Below are positions 1 to 11,641 of a DNA stretch of 64,000 bases, in pieces (within the stretch, counting starts at the first letter, position 1; every line of letters begins with the position of its first letter). Origin of the DNA: Spirochaetia bacterium (GTDB lineage Bacteria > Spirochaetota > Spirochaetia > CADAEX01). The position numbers were made by a program, and so were the translations under genes. The stretch is taken from positions 2,464,001 to 2,528,000 of the forward strand of contig OY759746.1 of NCBI GenBank assembly GCA_963662795.1, in the 5' to 3' direction. The notes below the pieces were generated by a model that saw only the letters and a program-made list of their open reading frames with translations, did no database searches and was not told where the DNA came from.

Positions 1-453
1 AATATTGATGATCTCAACGACTACAGGCCTGGATTAAAAGCACTGAAAGAATTAAAAATAAAAAGTCCTCTTGTTGAATGTGGTTTTACAAAAAAAGACG
101 TCAGAATTGTTTCAAGAATGATGAATTTGCCGACCTGGAATAAAAAATCTTCAACATGTCTTCTTACCAGACTCCAATATAACAGCCGGATAGAGCTGCC
201 GACTTTGAAAATGATCGAATCATCTGAGAAATATATTGAAGGTAAAGGATTTACCAATGTAAGGATTCGTACCATCGGCAGAAGTGGAGTAATCGAAATA
301 TCAAAAGAAGAATTATCAAAACTGGCTGGGGATGAAATGATGCAGAAAATCTATGTTGTGCTTAAAAAAAATGGGTACGAGTATATAGTTGTTGATCCTG
401 AGGGATATAGAAGCGGAAGCATGAATATATTTTATCAAAATGGAAATAAATAG
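1..453 (+). CDS. larE: ATP-dependent sacrificial sulfur transferase LarE, 5'-truncated by the window edge
   Basis: Frame 1 is open from base 1: NIDDLNDYRPGLKALKELKIKSPL...PTWNKKSSTCLLTR...RIR...GYRSGSMN, typical LarE motifs; directly upstream of larB. Confidence 0.9.
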   Translation, partial: NIDDLNDYRPGLKALKELKIKSPLVECGFTKKDVRIVSRMMNLPTWNKKSSTCLLTRLQYNSRIELPTLKMIESSEKYIEGKGFTNVRIRTIGRSGVIEISKEELSKLAGDEMMQKIYVVLKKNGYEYIVVDPEGYRSGSMNIFYQNGNK

Positions 454-1196
454 TGAAAAAACTTGAAGAGATTCTGGATAAATATAAACGCAATCAATTA
501 TCAACTGAGGATGCATGCCGATTGATTGACAACGGTTATTACAGTGATATCGGTCATACAATTATTGATACAGGAAGAGTAATACGTACAGGGTATCCTG
601 AAGCAATTTTTTGTAAGGGTAAAACAACTGAGCGGATTATTGAAATAATGAAATCCATGAAAGAAAATGGAATTAATATCCTTGCTACCAGAATGACCTC
701 TGAAGTTTATCTGTCAATTTCCAATGAGTTTCCTCATGGAGTTTACAGCAGGGATGCCTCTATATTTACACTCTTATGTACTGAACAGGAAATATCAGGA
801 AAAGGTTTTATAGCTGTAGTTTGTGCCGGCACTTCAGATATTTCTGTGGCCGAAGAGGCAGCAATAACAGCAGAATTTTATGGTCATAGTGTTAAAAGAT
901 TTTATGATGTAGGTATAGCAGGTATACACAGATTGTTCAGATGTATTGATGAAATCAGAAATGCAAAAGTAATTATTGCTGTTGCAGGAATGGAAGGAGC
1001 GCTTGCGAGTGTGATTGCAGGTCTTGTAAAGACTCCAGTCATCGCAGTACCTGTCAGTACCGGGTATGGTGCTTCATTCAGCGGAGTCGCGGCCTTACTG
1101 TCAATGCTTACTAGTTGTTCATCAGGTATTTCTGTTGTAAATATTGATAATGGATTTGGGGCAGCACAGTTTGCCTCAAGAATCTGCAGTTTATAA
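453..1196 (+). CDS. larB: Nickel pincer cofactor biosynthesis protein LarB (AIR carboxylase-like)
   Basis: RTGYPEAIFCKGKT, AGTSD, DVGIAGIHRL, AGMEGAL, PVIAVP, VVNIDNGFGAA motifs; GTG start overlaps the larE stop. Confidence 0.93.
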   Translation: MKKLEEILDKYKRNQLSTEDACRLIDNGYYSDIGHTIIDTGRVIRTGYPEAIFCKGKTTERIIEIMKSMKENGINILATRMTSEVYLSISNEFPHGVYSRDASIFTLLCTEQEISGKGFIAVVCAGTSDISVAEEAAITAEFYGHSVKRFYDVGIAGIHRLFRCIDEIRNAKVIIAVAGMEGALASVIAGLVKTPVIAVPVSTGYGASFSGVAALLSMLTSCSSGISVVNIDNGFGAAQFASRICSL

Positions 1197-1299
1197 AAAA
1201 TATCAATTAAAGCCGGTGATGATAAATTAAATTTCAATTACAGTACTGCCAGGACTATACCTTGGTTCGCCCCCGATATAATAGACAAATGATTAAGCC

Positions 1300-1422
1300 A
1301 TAATAAAAATGGAGCATGCCTCTCCGTGAGTGGAAACCAGCTTTGAACCGATTTTTATTGGAATATGGAGAGCGGTTTTCTGATGAATAAAAAGTCAGTT
1401 ACACGGAATTCTTTACAGGCTC
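1300..1422 (+). mobile_element. IS256-family remnant (transposase C-terminus and right end)
   Basis: Translates KWSMPLREWKPALNRFLLEYGERFSDE*, followed by GTTACACGGAATTCTTTACAGGCTC, which resembles IS256 right ends; not in the ORF track. Confidence 0.75.
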
Positions 1423-1456
1423 TATTCCAACTCTACATGGCCGTAAAGTTGGAATA
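1423..1456. terminator. Hairpin downstream of metE, possible terminator
   Basis: TATTCCAACT...AGTTGGAATA inverted repeat just after the metE stop; weak U tract. Confidence 0.4.
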
Positions 1457-1472
1457 TTCATCTTAAAGATTT

Positions 1473-3728
1473 TTACTGCCTAATTTCTAATGTAGCTTGA
1501 ACCATATTTGCTAATGCAGGTTTTACCTCTTCCCATTTTCTGGTTTTTAAACCGCAATCCGGATTGACCCACATCTTTGATTTATTAACAACTTGAAGTC
1601 TTTCTATTATCTGCTCTTTAAACTCATTAATTGAAGGAACCCGTGGAGAATGAATATCATATACTCCTGGCCCGATCTCATTTTTGTAATCCGTATCATG
1701 AAATATTTTTAATAGTCTATTACCACTTCTTGCTGTTTCAATCGTTATGACATCCGCATCCATCTCTTCAATTTTTTTTATAATGTCATTGAATTCACTA
1801 TAACACATATGAGTATGGATTTGTGTTTCTTTTTTTGCAGTAGAAACTGCTAATTTAAAACTAACGACAGCCCACTGCTCATATTTTTCAATTCTTTCTT
1901 TACGCAGGGGATACCCTTCTTTAAATGCTGCTTCATCAACCTGTATTATTTTTATACCGGCATTTTGTAAATCACTTATTTCATCAGACAAAGCAACAGC
2001 TATCTGCTTTGCAATCTCTGAACGGGGAATATCATTCCTTACAAATGACCAGTTAATTATTGTTACAGGTCCGGTTAGCATCCCTTTCATTTTTTTCTGA
2101 GTTTTACTCTGTGCATAGGAAATCCATTGTACAGTCATCGGTTCAGGGCGGCTTATGTCACCGTAAATTACCGGGGGCTTAACGCAGCGACTGCCATAAC
2201 TTTGCACCCATCCGTTTTTCGTAAAGTGAAACCCGTCTAAAAGCTCACCAAAGTATTCAACCATGTCATTTCTTTCAGGCTCGCCATGAACTAATACATC
2301 AAGACCAATGCTTTCTTGAAATGATATGCAATAATCAATGTATTTTTTTATTTCTGATTCATATTCCTTGTATGAAATTCGATTATTTTTAAAATCCAAT
2401 CGAATTTTACGTATTTCCGGTGTTTGTGGAAAACTGCCAATTGTTGTGGTGGGCAATGGAGGAAGATTCATTTCTTCTTTCTGGATTTTTATTCTCTCAT
2501 TGAAACTGCCTTCTCTTGATAAAACCGTAACATTTTTTAATCTGTCGCTTACTACTTGATTTGTGATTAATTTTGACGTTGCCTTTTCATTTAATACTTT
2601 CCTGTTTTGATCAATTTTACAGTTATCTTCATTTGATATAACGTTGTCATGAAAAATCCTTCCAAGAAAAGCCACTTCCTCAACTTTTTCAATAGCAAAG
2701 GCCATCCATTGTTTGATATCACTTTCCGGTTCTTTTTTTAAAGAATATGGCACATGAAGCAAAGAGCAACTTGTAGAAATTATTATCTGATCCTTTGAGA
2801 CTATCTCCGATATTTTATTAAGAAGTTCAAAAGATTTATTAAAATTATTCATCCAGATGTTTCGACCATCAACTATACCGGCAATAAGTTTTTTATTACC
2901 AATAAAGCTGAGACTATCCAGATTTTTATTTCCATGGATAAAATCAAGCCCAATACCCCAGATAGATGTATTTGCAAGCTCCTCTACAGCTTCGCAAGCA
3001 TGTTCAAAAAAGGTGTTAACAATAATTTTGATGTTTTTACTGACAAACGACAATTCTTCATAAGTATTTCTTACGAGAGAAAGTAGTTTTTCAGTTGGAT
3101 TTTTTACAAGAATTGGTTCATCAAACTGAATAAAAATTGAATTATCCAGTTTTTCAAGTATTAATAATAATTCTTTGTAAATCGAAAGCACATTATCAAA
3201 ATAAACAAAGGGGTCTTTTCCATTTGTAGTTTTTGATAAGCCAATAAAGGTGATTGGGCCAATAATATTGATTTTAGTTTTAATACCAATATCTTTTGCC
3301 TCCTGATATTCTTTAACAAGTTTTTCTGGATTTAGCTGAAATTTTATACTATCATCCAGTTCTGGAACGATATAATGATAGTTTGTATTAAACCATTTAG
3401 TCATTTCCATTGCGACGGTAGTAGCATTTCCCCTCGCCATAGCAAAATAGCGTTCAGCATAATCTTTAATATTGCGAAATCTTTCGGGGATAGCATTAAG
3501 CATCAGTGATGTATCCAGCATATTATCATAATAGCTGAAATCATTTGAACTTATAAAATCTATGCCCTTATTTTTTTGCTCAACCCAATGTTTTTTCCGT
3601 AATTCTCGTGCAACCTTTTCAAGTTCTTTTAATGTGGTTTTGTTGGACCAGTAATTTTCCAACGCATTCTTAAGTTCTCTGTTTTCCCCGATTCTGGGAA
3701 AACCAGTAATCATCGTTTTGTTTTTCAT
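1473..3728 (-). CDS. metE: Cobalamin-independent methionine synthase
   Basis: 751 aa; GFPRIG, MTKWFNTNYHYIVPE, TTTIGSFPQT, HGEPERNDMVEYF, HTHMCYS, WVNPDCGLKTR. Confidence 0.98.
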   Translation of the reverse strand: MKNKTMITGFPRIGENRELKNALENYWSNKTTLKELEKVARELRKKHWVEQKNKGIDFISSNDFSYYDNMLDTSLMLNAIPERFRNIKDYAERYFAMARGNATTVAMEMTKWFNTNYHYIVPELDDSIKFQLNPEKLVKEYQEAKDIGIKTKINIIGPITFIGLSKTTNGKDPFVYFDNVLSIYKELLLILEKLDNSIFIQFDEPILVKNPTEKLLSLVRNTYEELSFVSKNIKIIVNTFFEHACEAVEELANTSIWGIGLDFIHGNKNLDSLSFIGNKKLIAGIVDGRNIWMNNFNKSFELLNKISEIVSKDQIIISTSCSLLHVPYSLKKEPESDIKQWMAFAIEKVEEVAFLGRIFHDNVISNEDNCKIDQNRKVLNEKATSKLITNQVVSDRLKNVTVLSREGSFNERIKIQKEEMNLPPLPTTTIGSFPQTPEIRKIRLDFKNNRISYKEYESEIKKYIDYCISFQESIGLDVLVHGEPERNDMVEYFGELLDGFHFTKNGWVQSYGSRCVKPPVIYGDISRPEPMTVQWISYAQSKTQKKMKGMLTGPVTIINWSFVRNDIPRSEIAKQIAVALSDEISDLQNAGIKIIQVDEAAFKEGYPLRKERIEKYEQWAVVSFKLAVSTAKKETQIHTHMCYSEFNDIIKKIEEMDADVITIETARSGNRLLKIFHDTDYKNEIGPGVYDIHSPRVPSINEFKEQIIERLQVVNKSKMWVNPDCGLKTRKWEEVKPALANMVQATLEIRQ

Positions 3729-3769
3729 TGTATCTCCTTTTGTTTACGCGACAAAATTTGGTTATTACT

Positions 3770-3858
3770 ACCATGGCATTCGGACTTAGAGATTGTTTAA
3801 AAGCGTCTCAACACCGTAGCGCGACTGTGCCTGATTCTCACAGGTCTTCCCCATATAA
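3770..3858 (-). ncRNA. Cobalamin riboswitch (compact, class II-like)
   Basis: Minus strand reads ATGGGGAAGACCTGTGAGAATCAGGCACAGTCGCGCTACGGTG...AAGTCCGAATGCCAT, i.e. B12-element core motifs, in the metE leader. Confidence 0.85.
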
Positions 3859-4112
3859 GAAAGTAATGTTTATTCTTGTATTAAATCTATCGTGTTTTGT
3901 CAATTATTATGTCCTTTCATCCTCCATCTTTCTATTTTTTGAGGCTAAGGATAGCCGGGCCGTCTTATTATATCTTCTGCACCTATTGTGTAAAACTCTT
4001 ATCCTTCGCAATATTGTGTCTATCTTGCAATCATACACCCGGGATAGGGATATAAATAGCCTTATTTATATTGCAACTGAATCCGTAATAAGTAAAATAT
4101 AGAGAGGCAAAA

Positions 4113-4598
4113 TTAAATTTTATCCAGGGAAGACAGAAAAACGGTTTTTAAATCTATTACAAAATATTCTGCATTATTTAAATCCAATTCATTTGGCCTT
4201 TTCTTGTTTAACCCGCCAAAAAAATATTTAGTAAAACCGTAATTCATGAATCCCCTGCAGATAAATTCATCGATTACAATAAACCCTTTTGTAATTAAGG
4301 CAATTCTTAACGGTTCGTGCATTTTTTTATAGCAGATGGTTGCTGTTGAAAAAATAAATGATTTTAATTTATCTTGCTGTTTTATGGTATCAAGCAGATT
4401 AAACAGACTAATGTGATGTTTTCTGTTATAAATACCGGATCCAAAACCGATTAAATCATACTTGGTAAAATCATTTGAATCAACTTCAGAAGGCAATTTA
4501 ATATCAGCATTAAGTTCCCTGGCAATAGTTTTTGCAATTCTCATTGTATTGCCGTGGTGCATTGAATGGCATATTACTAATGTTTTTTTGGGGGGCAT
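4113..4598 (-). CDS. Flavodoxin family protein
   Basis: SMHHGNT FMN loop, DLIGFGSGIY, FIFST, F.CRG, RPNE.DL. Confidence 0.85.
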   Translation of the reverse strand: MPPKKTLVICHSMHHGNTMRIAKTIARELNADIKLPSEVDSNDFTKYDLIGFGSGIYNRKHHISLFNLLDTIKQQDKLKSFIFSTATICYKKMHEPLRIALITKGFIVIDEFICRGFMNYGFTKYFFGGLNKKRPNELDLNNAEYFVIDLKTVFLSSLDKI

Positions 4599-4650
4599 AA
4601 TAATCCTCTGTCTGGTATTTTACACCTGTTCCAGGAATCTGAAAAGTAGA

Positions 4651-5638
4651 TTTTACCTTGGGGATGAACAGTTAAAAGAGAAGGTTCCCCCCCCGCTGCC
4701 CATAATCAAAGAAAATGAGTAGCATGGAATTACGACAAACCAAAAAAGGAGGAACCTATGCATACATATTACCAACTATACAAAAACTGTAAGAAAATGG
4801 CTTCGAAGATTTGAAGAAGAAAAAAAAGGAGACCTCAAAGACAGATCAAAACGCCCCAAAAAATTTCCAAATGAAATAAAGCTATTCTGGTATTTTAAAA
4901 TCGTAGATATCTGTAAAGAGGCCAAAAATAGTAACAAAAGAATAAATGCTGCCATGATAAAAAGAAAGCACAACATACCATACAGCAAGAATACAATTCT
5001 AAAAGTCATGAGAGAGATTGATTTCCTGCCCCCAGAAGAGAAAAAAACATCAGAGAAAGCGGGATTTAAGGGAAATAAAGGCTAAAATGAAACCTTTTGA
5101 AAAAGTGCAGGTTGATATCAAATATCTTGATGATATTCCTGAAATGTATGGTTCATATATTGTTCATAAGCTTTCCGGATATCAAATAACAGCCAGAGAC
5201 GTAAGTACAGGAGCATTGTTTTACTCATATGCCATAGAAAAGAACTCAACCAATACAACAATGTTTATTCTTGAGTTAAAAGAGCATCTGGAAAGAAATG
5301 GCAGAGAGATGTTGAAACATCTCACCGACTGATTGAGGATGAGCTTTATGCCTGTGAAATATTTTCATCAAAGAACAATTTCTTCGAAAAAGCAGTTGTT
5401 TACCAAAAGTTCTTTAATGCAGGACGCAATAATTCGTACAAAGGTGCGACTCCAAAAGAATTATTGCTCGAGAGAGCAGTTAACATTAACCCGGATGTAT
5501 TGATTTTTAAACCAGTTCTGATTGATACGTATTACAGAAAATATAAAGATATTTTTAAGAATTTAAGTGACGAGAATATTGCTTCATGATTTATTGGGGG
5601 GGGAACCTTCTCTTTTAATATCCCAGTTTTACCTTGGG
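4651..5638 (+). mobile_element. Decayed IS481-like element with subterminal inverted repeats and flanking direct repeat
   Basis: IR TTAAAAGAGAAGGTTCCCCCCCC (4672) / GGGGGGGGAACCTTCTCTTTTAA (5596-5618); TTTTACCTTGGG on both flanks; frameshifted fragments KTVRKWLRRFEE...DRSKRPK and VQVDIKYLDDIP...YQITARD. Confidence 0.8.
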
Positions 5639-5834
5639 TAGATGATTGAGATTCCTTGACAATTTACTACTGTTTTGCGATAATATTTTTTATCTCATTT
5701 ACTAAATCGTTTTATCAGTAATTTCAGAATACCACTGGTAAAAATATTTTCTATATGATTCCCATGGTCATCAAGGATTTCTCTTGGATCGTCACTAAAA
5801 AATAGCCATGCCTTTGATTAACTATTTGGGATAT

Positions 5835-6629
5835 TCAGATGCTAGAAATCCCTTTTAGTTTTTTTGATGGATCAGTACTCGAGCATGGTAAGCCTACAAG
5901 ACATTTGCCACAAACATCTGCATATCCAAAGTCTTTGTAATATTCTGCATTTTCTAAACACATTTGATGACATCTATTTCTATCAAAATTAAGAGAATGG
6001 AAAGCATTGTTTACGCATCTATCAATACAAATTCTACAACTTCCATTTATTTTATACAAACATTTTTCATCACTTATTTTATTCTCGAAATCTATATCAT
6101 AATTTGTTACTATTGATCCTATTCTTCCACAACAACCATTTTCAGTAATTAACATATTGTTCAGTCCGAAACTCCCCAATCCAGAAAGAAATGCTATATG
6201 CCTATGAGACCAATTACTTACTAAAGTCTCCTTATTGAAATTATTTGTTGCAGGTATTTTTCCAGCTTTATAGCCATTCTTTATCATTAATTTTTCTATA
6301 ATTTCATTTATTTCTTTAATTAAATTATTAGTTTCAATATATGCAATTGTCCATTCTTTGGATGCCCTTTTGTTCCCAATATTACTTTTTACTATTTTTT
6401 CTGTAAACGGAATAAAGAAACATATAATGCTTTTTGCATCCGAGAGGATTTCGTTTGGTAATAAATGATCTATTGATACAATACCCTTTAAATTAATAAT
6501 TTGAGAATTATCACTTTTTAGAAAACTAATTAATGGCTTTTTCCATATTTGAGATTCTTTATTTCTGGCATTTGCAGATGCTACACAAGTATTAATCTCA
6601 TTGATTATATAATTTGTCATATTTTTCAT
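5835..6629 (-). CDS. Epoxyqueuosine reductase-like 4Fe-4S protein
   Basis: WSHRHIAFLSGLGSFGLNNMLIT..GCCGRIGS, C..CIDRC and DVCGKC..GLPC clusters. Confidence 0.75.
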   Translation of the reverse strand: MKNMTNYIINEINTCVASANARNKESQIWKKPLISFLKSDNSQIINLKGIVSIDHLLPNEILSDAKSIICFFIPFTEKIVKSNIGNKRASKEWTIAYIETNNLIKEINEIIEKLMIKNGYKAGKIPATNNFNKETLVSNWSHRHIAFLSGLGSFGLNNMLITENGCCGRIGSIVTNYDIDFENKISDEKCLYKINGSCRICIDRCVNNAFHSLNFDRNRCHQMCLENAEYYKDFGYADVCGKCLVGLPCSSTDPSKKLKGISSI

Positions 6630-7174
6630 ACATTAAGCTCATTAATTTTATTTAAAATGAAATCAACTCTACCCTTAATAGAGATCAGTGGTACTGTTAT
6701 TATATTGTATCCTAGCTGTCTATATATTCTATAAATCTTTTCCCCAAATTCATTTGCTGATTGAAAATCCATTTTCCTTTCATCATCAGTTGTATATATT
6801 TCTTCCCAACCTTTAAGGCAAAATATATTTTTATTATATCTATATAATTCAGAAGATTTTTTATATATTTTTATATCAATACCAAATAATTCTCCGTATG
6901 CAATCATATCAGGAATTCCTCTATCAAAGATTATAAGTTTATTTTTATGTAAGAAATCAAGATAATTCTTGGTTGATCTTGAGAGCATCAATTGATTAAA
7001 TAAAGCTGAATTAATTTCAGGTACACCATCAGCTTGAATTGCTCTCTGTTCTTTTAATATCTGTCTTGCTGGTTCAGGGATGCATTTTATATCTTTTTTC
7101 ATAATTTCATTTATTATTGTAGATTTACCAGATCCCATAGCACCAGTAAGTATAATAAAATTATTTTTGAACAT
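6626..7174 (-). CDS. AAA_28 / NadR-type small P-loop ATPase
   Basis: ILTGAMGSGKST Walker A, EPAR, FDRGIPD, Y.TD.ER. Confidence 0.8.
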   Translation of the reverse strand: MFKNNFIILTGAMGSGKSTIINEIMKKDIKCIPEPARQILKEQRAIQADGVPEINSALFNQLMLSRSTKNYLDFLHKNKLIIFDRGIPDMIAYGELFGIDIKIYKKSSELYRYNKNIFCLKGWEEIYTTDDERKMDFQSANEFGEKIYRIYRQLGYNIITVPLISIKGRVDFILNKINELNV

Positions 7175-7287
7175 TCTTCTTACCCCTTTGATTATTTTTG
7201 CTTAAGTTGAAAAAATGATAATATACTTTTCTGGAACAACTCAACAAATAATATTGCATAATTGACCTTGCCAGTTGGCTGGAGGTT

Positions 7288-8311
7288 TAAACTGCGCCCT
7301 TTTGTCAACACACTTTTGACAAGTGTTTAAGGTGTATCACGCCGCCTGTTCGCCAGGCTGACAGCCTGAAATGATTCATGTATTTCATCAGGAGTCCTGT
7401 ATTCAAGACTCTGGTGGAAACGCCTGGTGTTAGAAAAATTAAAATATTGCGTTACTCCTTCCTTAAGTTCTTTAACTGTTTCATAATGTTTTATATAAAT
7501 ATCTTCGTACTTGAGTGATCTCCAGAGCCTTTCGACAAAAATATTATCAGGCGCACGGTTTTTCCCGTCCATGCTTATTCTTATGCCATAATCATGCAGT
7601 ACTTCTGTCCAGCAGGGTGAATTAAATTGGCAGCCCTGATCAGTGTTGAAAATTGCAGCCACTCCATACTTTTCAATTGTTTCATGTAAGCAGTTTGCAA
7701 ATATTGGCGCATCAAGTGTATTGGTTATTATCCAGTTAAGCACTTTGCGTGAATAAAGATCTATTACCGCCATCAGGTACACAGGCCCTGATGGCAGTTT
7801 GATATAAGTCAAATCAGCAGCCCAGACCTGATTCGGGTATCTTATTATTTCCCCTTCAAGCAGATACGGATATTTCTTGCTTTCCTGCCTTGCTTTTGAA
7901 AGATTCTCTCCGGGGAATATTGCCATAAGCCCTGCTTTTCTCATGATTCTGCGTATCTGTTTCCGGGATACACTTAAGCCTTTACTATTGATCTCAAGAG
8001 CTATTTTTCTATAGCCATAAAATGGCAGGAGAATTAATGTTTCCCTTATCTTTTTAAGTATCTCAATATCTTTTTCCTCAACTTTCCTCCTGCTTTTTCC
8101 ATAGGCTGATCTGGTTTGGATGTACGTCATACTTTTTAGCAATTTCCTGTAAGGTTAGTTCCTCTCGAAGTGCATCAAGTGTTACTTTTACCTTGAATGC
8201 CTTGTCAAATCTTTGTCTTTTTTTCATTGTGTTTTCCGCTCCTTTAATTATAGCGGATTTTACACCTTAATCATACAGGTTTTTTCTGTCCTGTTTTCCG
8301 GGCTCATTATA
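7288..8311 (-). mobile_element. IS3-family element, internally deleted (OrfA C-terminus and OrfB N-terminus missing)
   Basis: Left end TATAATGAGCCCGGAAAACAGGACA; right end TTGACAAAAGGGCGCAGTTTA; OrfA start MKKRQRFDKAFKVKV...HPNQISLWKKQ at 8228; OrfB with W.ADLTY, NTDQGCQF, ERLWRSLKYE. Confidence 0.9.
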
Positions 8312-8367
8312 ATCTGCTGGTCGAAGGTCCGGGATGAATGTTTGCTATTAGGTGTATTCAGTTGTTA

Positions 8368-8889
8368 TTATTTAACTATTGCATATATTTTACAATCTCG
8401 TGGAATATTTGAAATGTTCGGATGCCGTGAATATCTACGAAGAATACCTTCATATTTCATACCCAGTTTCTCCATTACTCTTCCTGAAGCTGTATTTTCA
8501 AGATCATGTACAGCCTCAATTCTAAAAATATCATCTCTTAAAATAAGCGCATCTATGATTGCTTTTCCAGCTTCTGTCATTAATCCTTTATTCCAGAAAG
8601 ATTTTGCTAATACATATCCAATCTGGATCCTGAAATCATAAAATCTAAAATCGATCATTCCGATTGTTTGTTCTGATTCTTTATGCCATAGAACAAAAGG
8701 TAAACATACATTTTCATCCCAGGTATCGATACATTCTTTAATCCAGGATTTTGTAATATTAATGTTTTCATGGGGTTTCCAAACTAAATAGCGTGTAACC
8801 TCGGAATCTTGAGCATAATTATTAAAAATATCTGTAGCATCAGAAATAATAGGTTTCCTTAGAATTAATCTTGTTGTTTCAAATATCAT
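8368..8889 (-). CDS. GNAT N-acetyltransferase (RimJ/RimL-like)
   Basis: ETTRLILR, IGYVLAKSFWNKGLMTEA, N.ASGRVMEKLGM.YEG. Confidence 0.9.
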   Translation of the reverse strand: MIFETTRLILRKPIISDATDIFNNYAQDSEVTRYLVWKPHENINITKSWIKECIDTWDENVCLPFVLWHKESEQTIGMIDFRFYDFRIQIGYVLAKSFWNKGLMTEAGKAIIDALILRDDIFRIEAVHDLENTASGRVMEKLGMKYEGILRRYSRHPNISNIPRDCKIYAIVK

Positions 8890-8961
8890 TATTGAACCTC
8901 TATACGATATTGCAAATAATTACTTTACTCCTACTCTTTGTAAGAATGTTATAATTATCCA

Positions 8962-8990
8962 ATTCTACACCCTCGCCCGGGATATGAAAA
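8962..8990 (-). promoter_or_regulatory. Putative sigma70 promoter of the GNAT gene
   Basis: TTTTCA-17 bp-TAGAAT with TG immediately before the -10 box. Confidence 0.5.
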
Positions 8991-9344
8991 GTGGAATTTC
9001 TGGAGGCTAGGTAATTGCTCTACCTGTACAACTTATTCTTATATTTCATCTTCTTGTTCAATACAGTTTTCTTCTGTTATAGATGGTTCATTTGATGAAG
9101 TGACTGATATTTTTCTGGATAGCCATTCATCAAGCTCTTCAAGTTGACTAAGTTCTTCAACCGACAAGGTAATAGCAGAAGATGCATGCGAAACAATTTT
9201 TCGTTTATTGTTGAGAAAATTCGTCTATTATTATTTTTAAAGTATGGAATAAACTGACTTTAAGCCAGTAAGGCCGGATATAGGAGTAAATGTATATTAA
9301 TATAACTTAACAGCTTGTCAGACTGTCATGCTTTTAAAAAGTAT

Positions 9345-10619
9345 CACAGCTGTCCAAAATAATCATAGCAATACTAACTGACCAGGAATTTCCCTTTGAA
9401 TTGAATCACGTTCAAAAGGTTCATTTAACCAAAGCCAAAGATCTTTCCTTGAAAATAGAACTGTCGGAAGCAGAGATGCTAAGCTGTATATTGTCCATCC
9501 TAATGTAGATAAAAATCTCATATAGCTCAGTAACAAGTGGGTAATGAGTGCAGATGCAATTTGGATCATTAGAGCATTTCTGGAAGTGCCCACAAAGCTT
9601 TTTATTTTCAGTTTTTGTTTCATTGCCTGAAAAAATATTTCAATCTGCCATCGATCTTTATAAATAGCACCAACGATATCAGGAGGCCATTCAAAATTAT
9701 TTGTCAAAATAACAATATATTTACCGGATTCCGAATCTTTTATCCTGATCCTTCGTAGTTTCAGAGAACACTTTTTAATTGAGTAAAAACCGGTAAAACT
9801 GATTATCTGATCAGATGCAACATCTTTAAAATCTTTCACTTTTTTTCTTTCAAGTATTCTATACTTTGCATTTTTCTTTAGTCTCGTGACAAAGTAAGTA
9901 CCTTTAGTACAAAGACTTGCAAAGAAGGAGTAATCATTGTAACCACGATCAAAGGTTACTACATCTCCTTTTTTGAAAGGTATTTCGGAAACTGCAGTTA
10001 GATCATTAGCCTTTGCATCAGAGAGAACAGCAAATACAGGAATATATCCTGTATGATCAAACTTCACATGTAATTTAATTCCACCTTTGGTCTTTCTAAA
10101 CTTTGCCCAGTTGAATACAGAAAGACATAAATCTATAGTTGTGGAATCAATACTGTAGAGTGGATTCTTGAACTTGAATTTATGCCTGGGTGCTGCGGGC
10201 AGTATTTTATTCAGGAGAAAATAGAAAATATCTCCGAACATTTTGGAGCTTCTGTTTTTATTAGCATAACTTAATGTTGATCTGCTAACATGCTGGATAC
10301 CAAGATGATAATGACTTTTTGCCTGAGAGTTTAATGCATTAGTAATACTCCGGAGATTATCCAACCCTGATAACTGGGCAAAAATCATTGCTACAAAATG
10401 GGTCCATGAAGAAAATCCCTTTGCTGATTTTTCTGCTTGATGACGATTTACAAAATTCTGAAATTCAAGTCTCGGTATTATTTGAAGAATTTGATTTAAT
10501 ATGGTAGATTTATAACTCACTGCCTGATCTCCTTTGTTTATAATGATTTAGCTGGCAAGGCTTGTTTCATTATAGACGGGATTTCAGGCAATTAATAGTA
10601 TTTGTTTTGGACAGCTATG
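9345..10619 (-). mobile_element. IS4-family element, 1275 bp
   Basis: Terminal IRs CACAGCTGTCCAAAATAA / TTGTTTTGGACAGCTATG; no matching target duplication on the flanks. Confidence 0.92.
9363..10520 (-). CDS. IS4-family transposase (DUF4372 + DDE)
   Basis: SRSTLSYAN, IDSTTIDL, KGGIKLH, FDRGY, YKDRWQIEIFF (YREK-like motif). Confidence 0.93.
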   Translation of the reverse strand: MSYKSTILNQILQIIPRLEFQNFVNRHQAEKSAKGFSSWTHFVAMIFAQLSGLDNLRSITNALNSQAKSHYHLGIQHVSRSTLSYANKNRSSKMFGDIFYFLLNKILPAAPRHKFKFKNPLYSIDSTTIDLCLSVFNWAKFRKTKGGIKLHVKFDHTGYIPVFAVLSDAKANDLTAVSEIPFKKGDVVTFDRGYNDYSFFASLCTKGTYFVTRLKKNAKYRILERKKVKDFKDVASDQIISFTGFYSIKKCSLKLRRIRIKDSESGKYIVILTNNFEWPPDIVGAIYKDRWQIEIFFQAMKQKLKIKSFVGTSRNALMIQIASALITHLLLSYMRFLSTLGWTIYSLASLLPTVLFSRKDLWLWLNEPFERDSIQREIPGQLVLL

Positions 10620-11575
<956 letters not shown>

Positions 11576-11641
11576 TTCGAATCCTTTATCCTACAATTAT
11601 TTTTCAGGTTTTCACACAATTTTTTCGGTTCATTTTTATTA

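Noticed and set aside
3728-4102. 124-aa plus-strand ORF
   Set aside because: Antisense to the cobalamin riboswitch and metE promoter; no RBS or recognisable motif
8320-8340. GTCCGGGAT (and CCGGGATA at about 4039 and 8977) as the second att copy of the tRNA 3' end
   Set aside because: Only 8-9 bp and inverted relative to the tRNA; an att duplicate should be a direct repeat
9035-9230. Small minus-strand ORF tails at 9039-9230 and 15738-15877
   Set aside because: Fragments lacking a start or containing a stop, with no recognisable family; treated as debris
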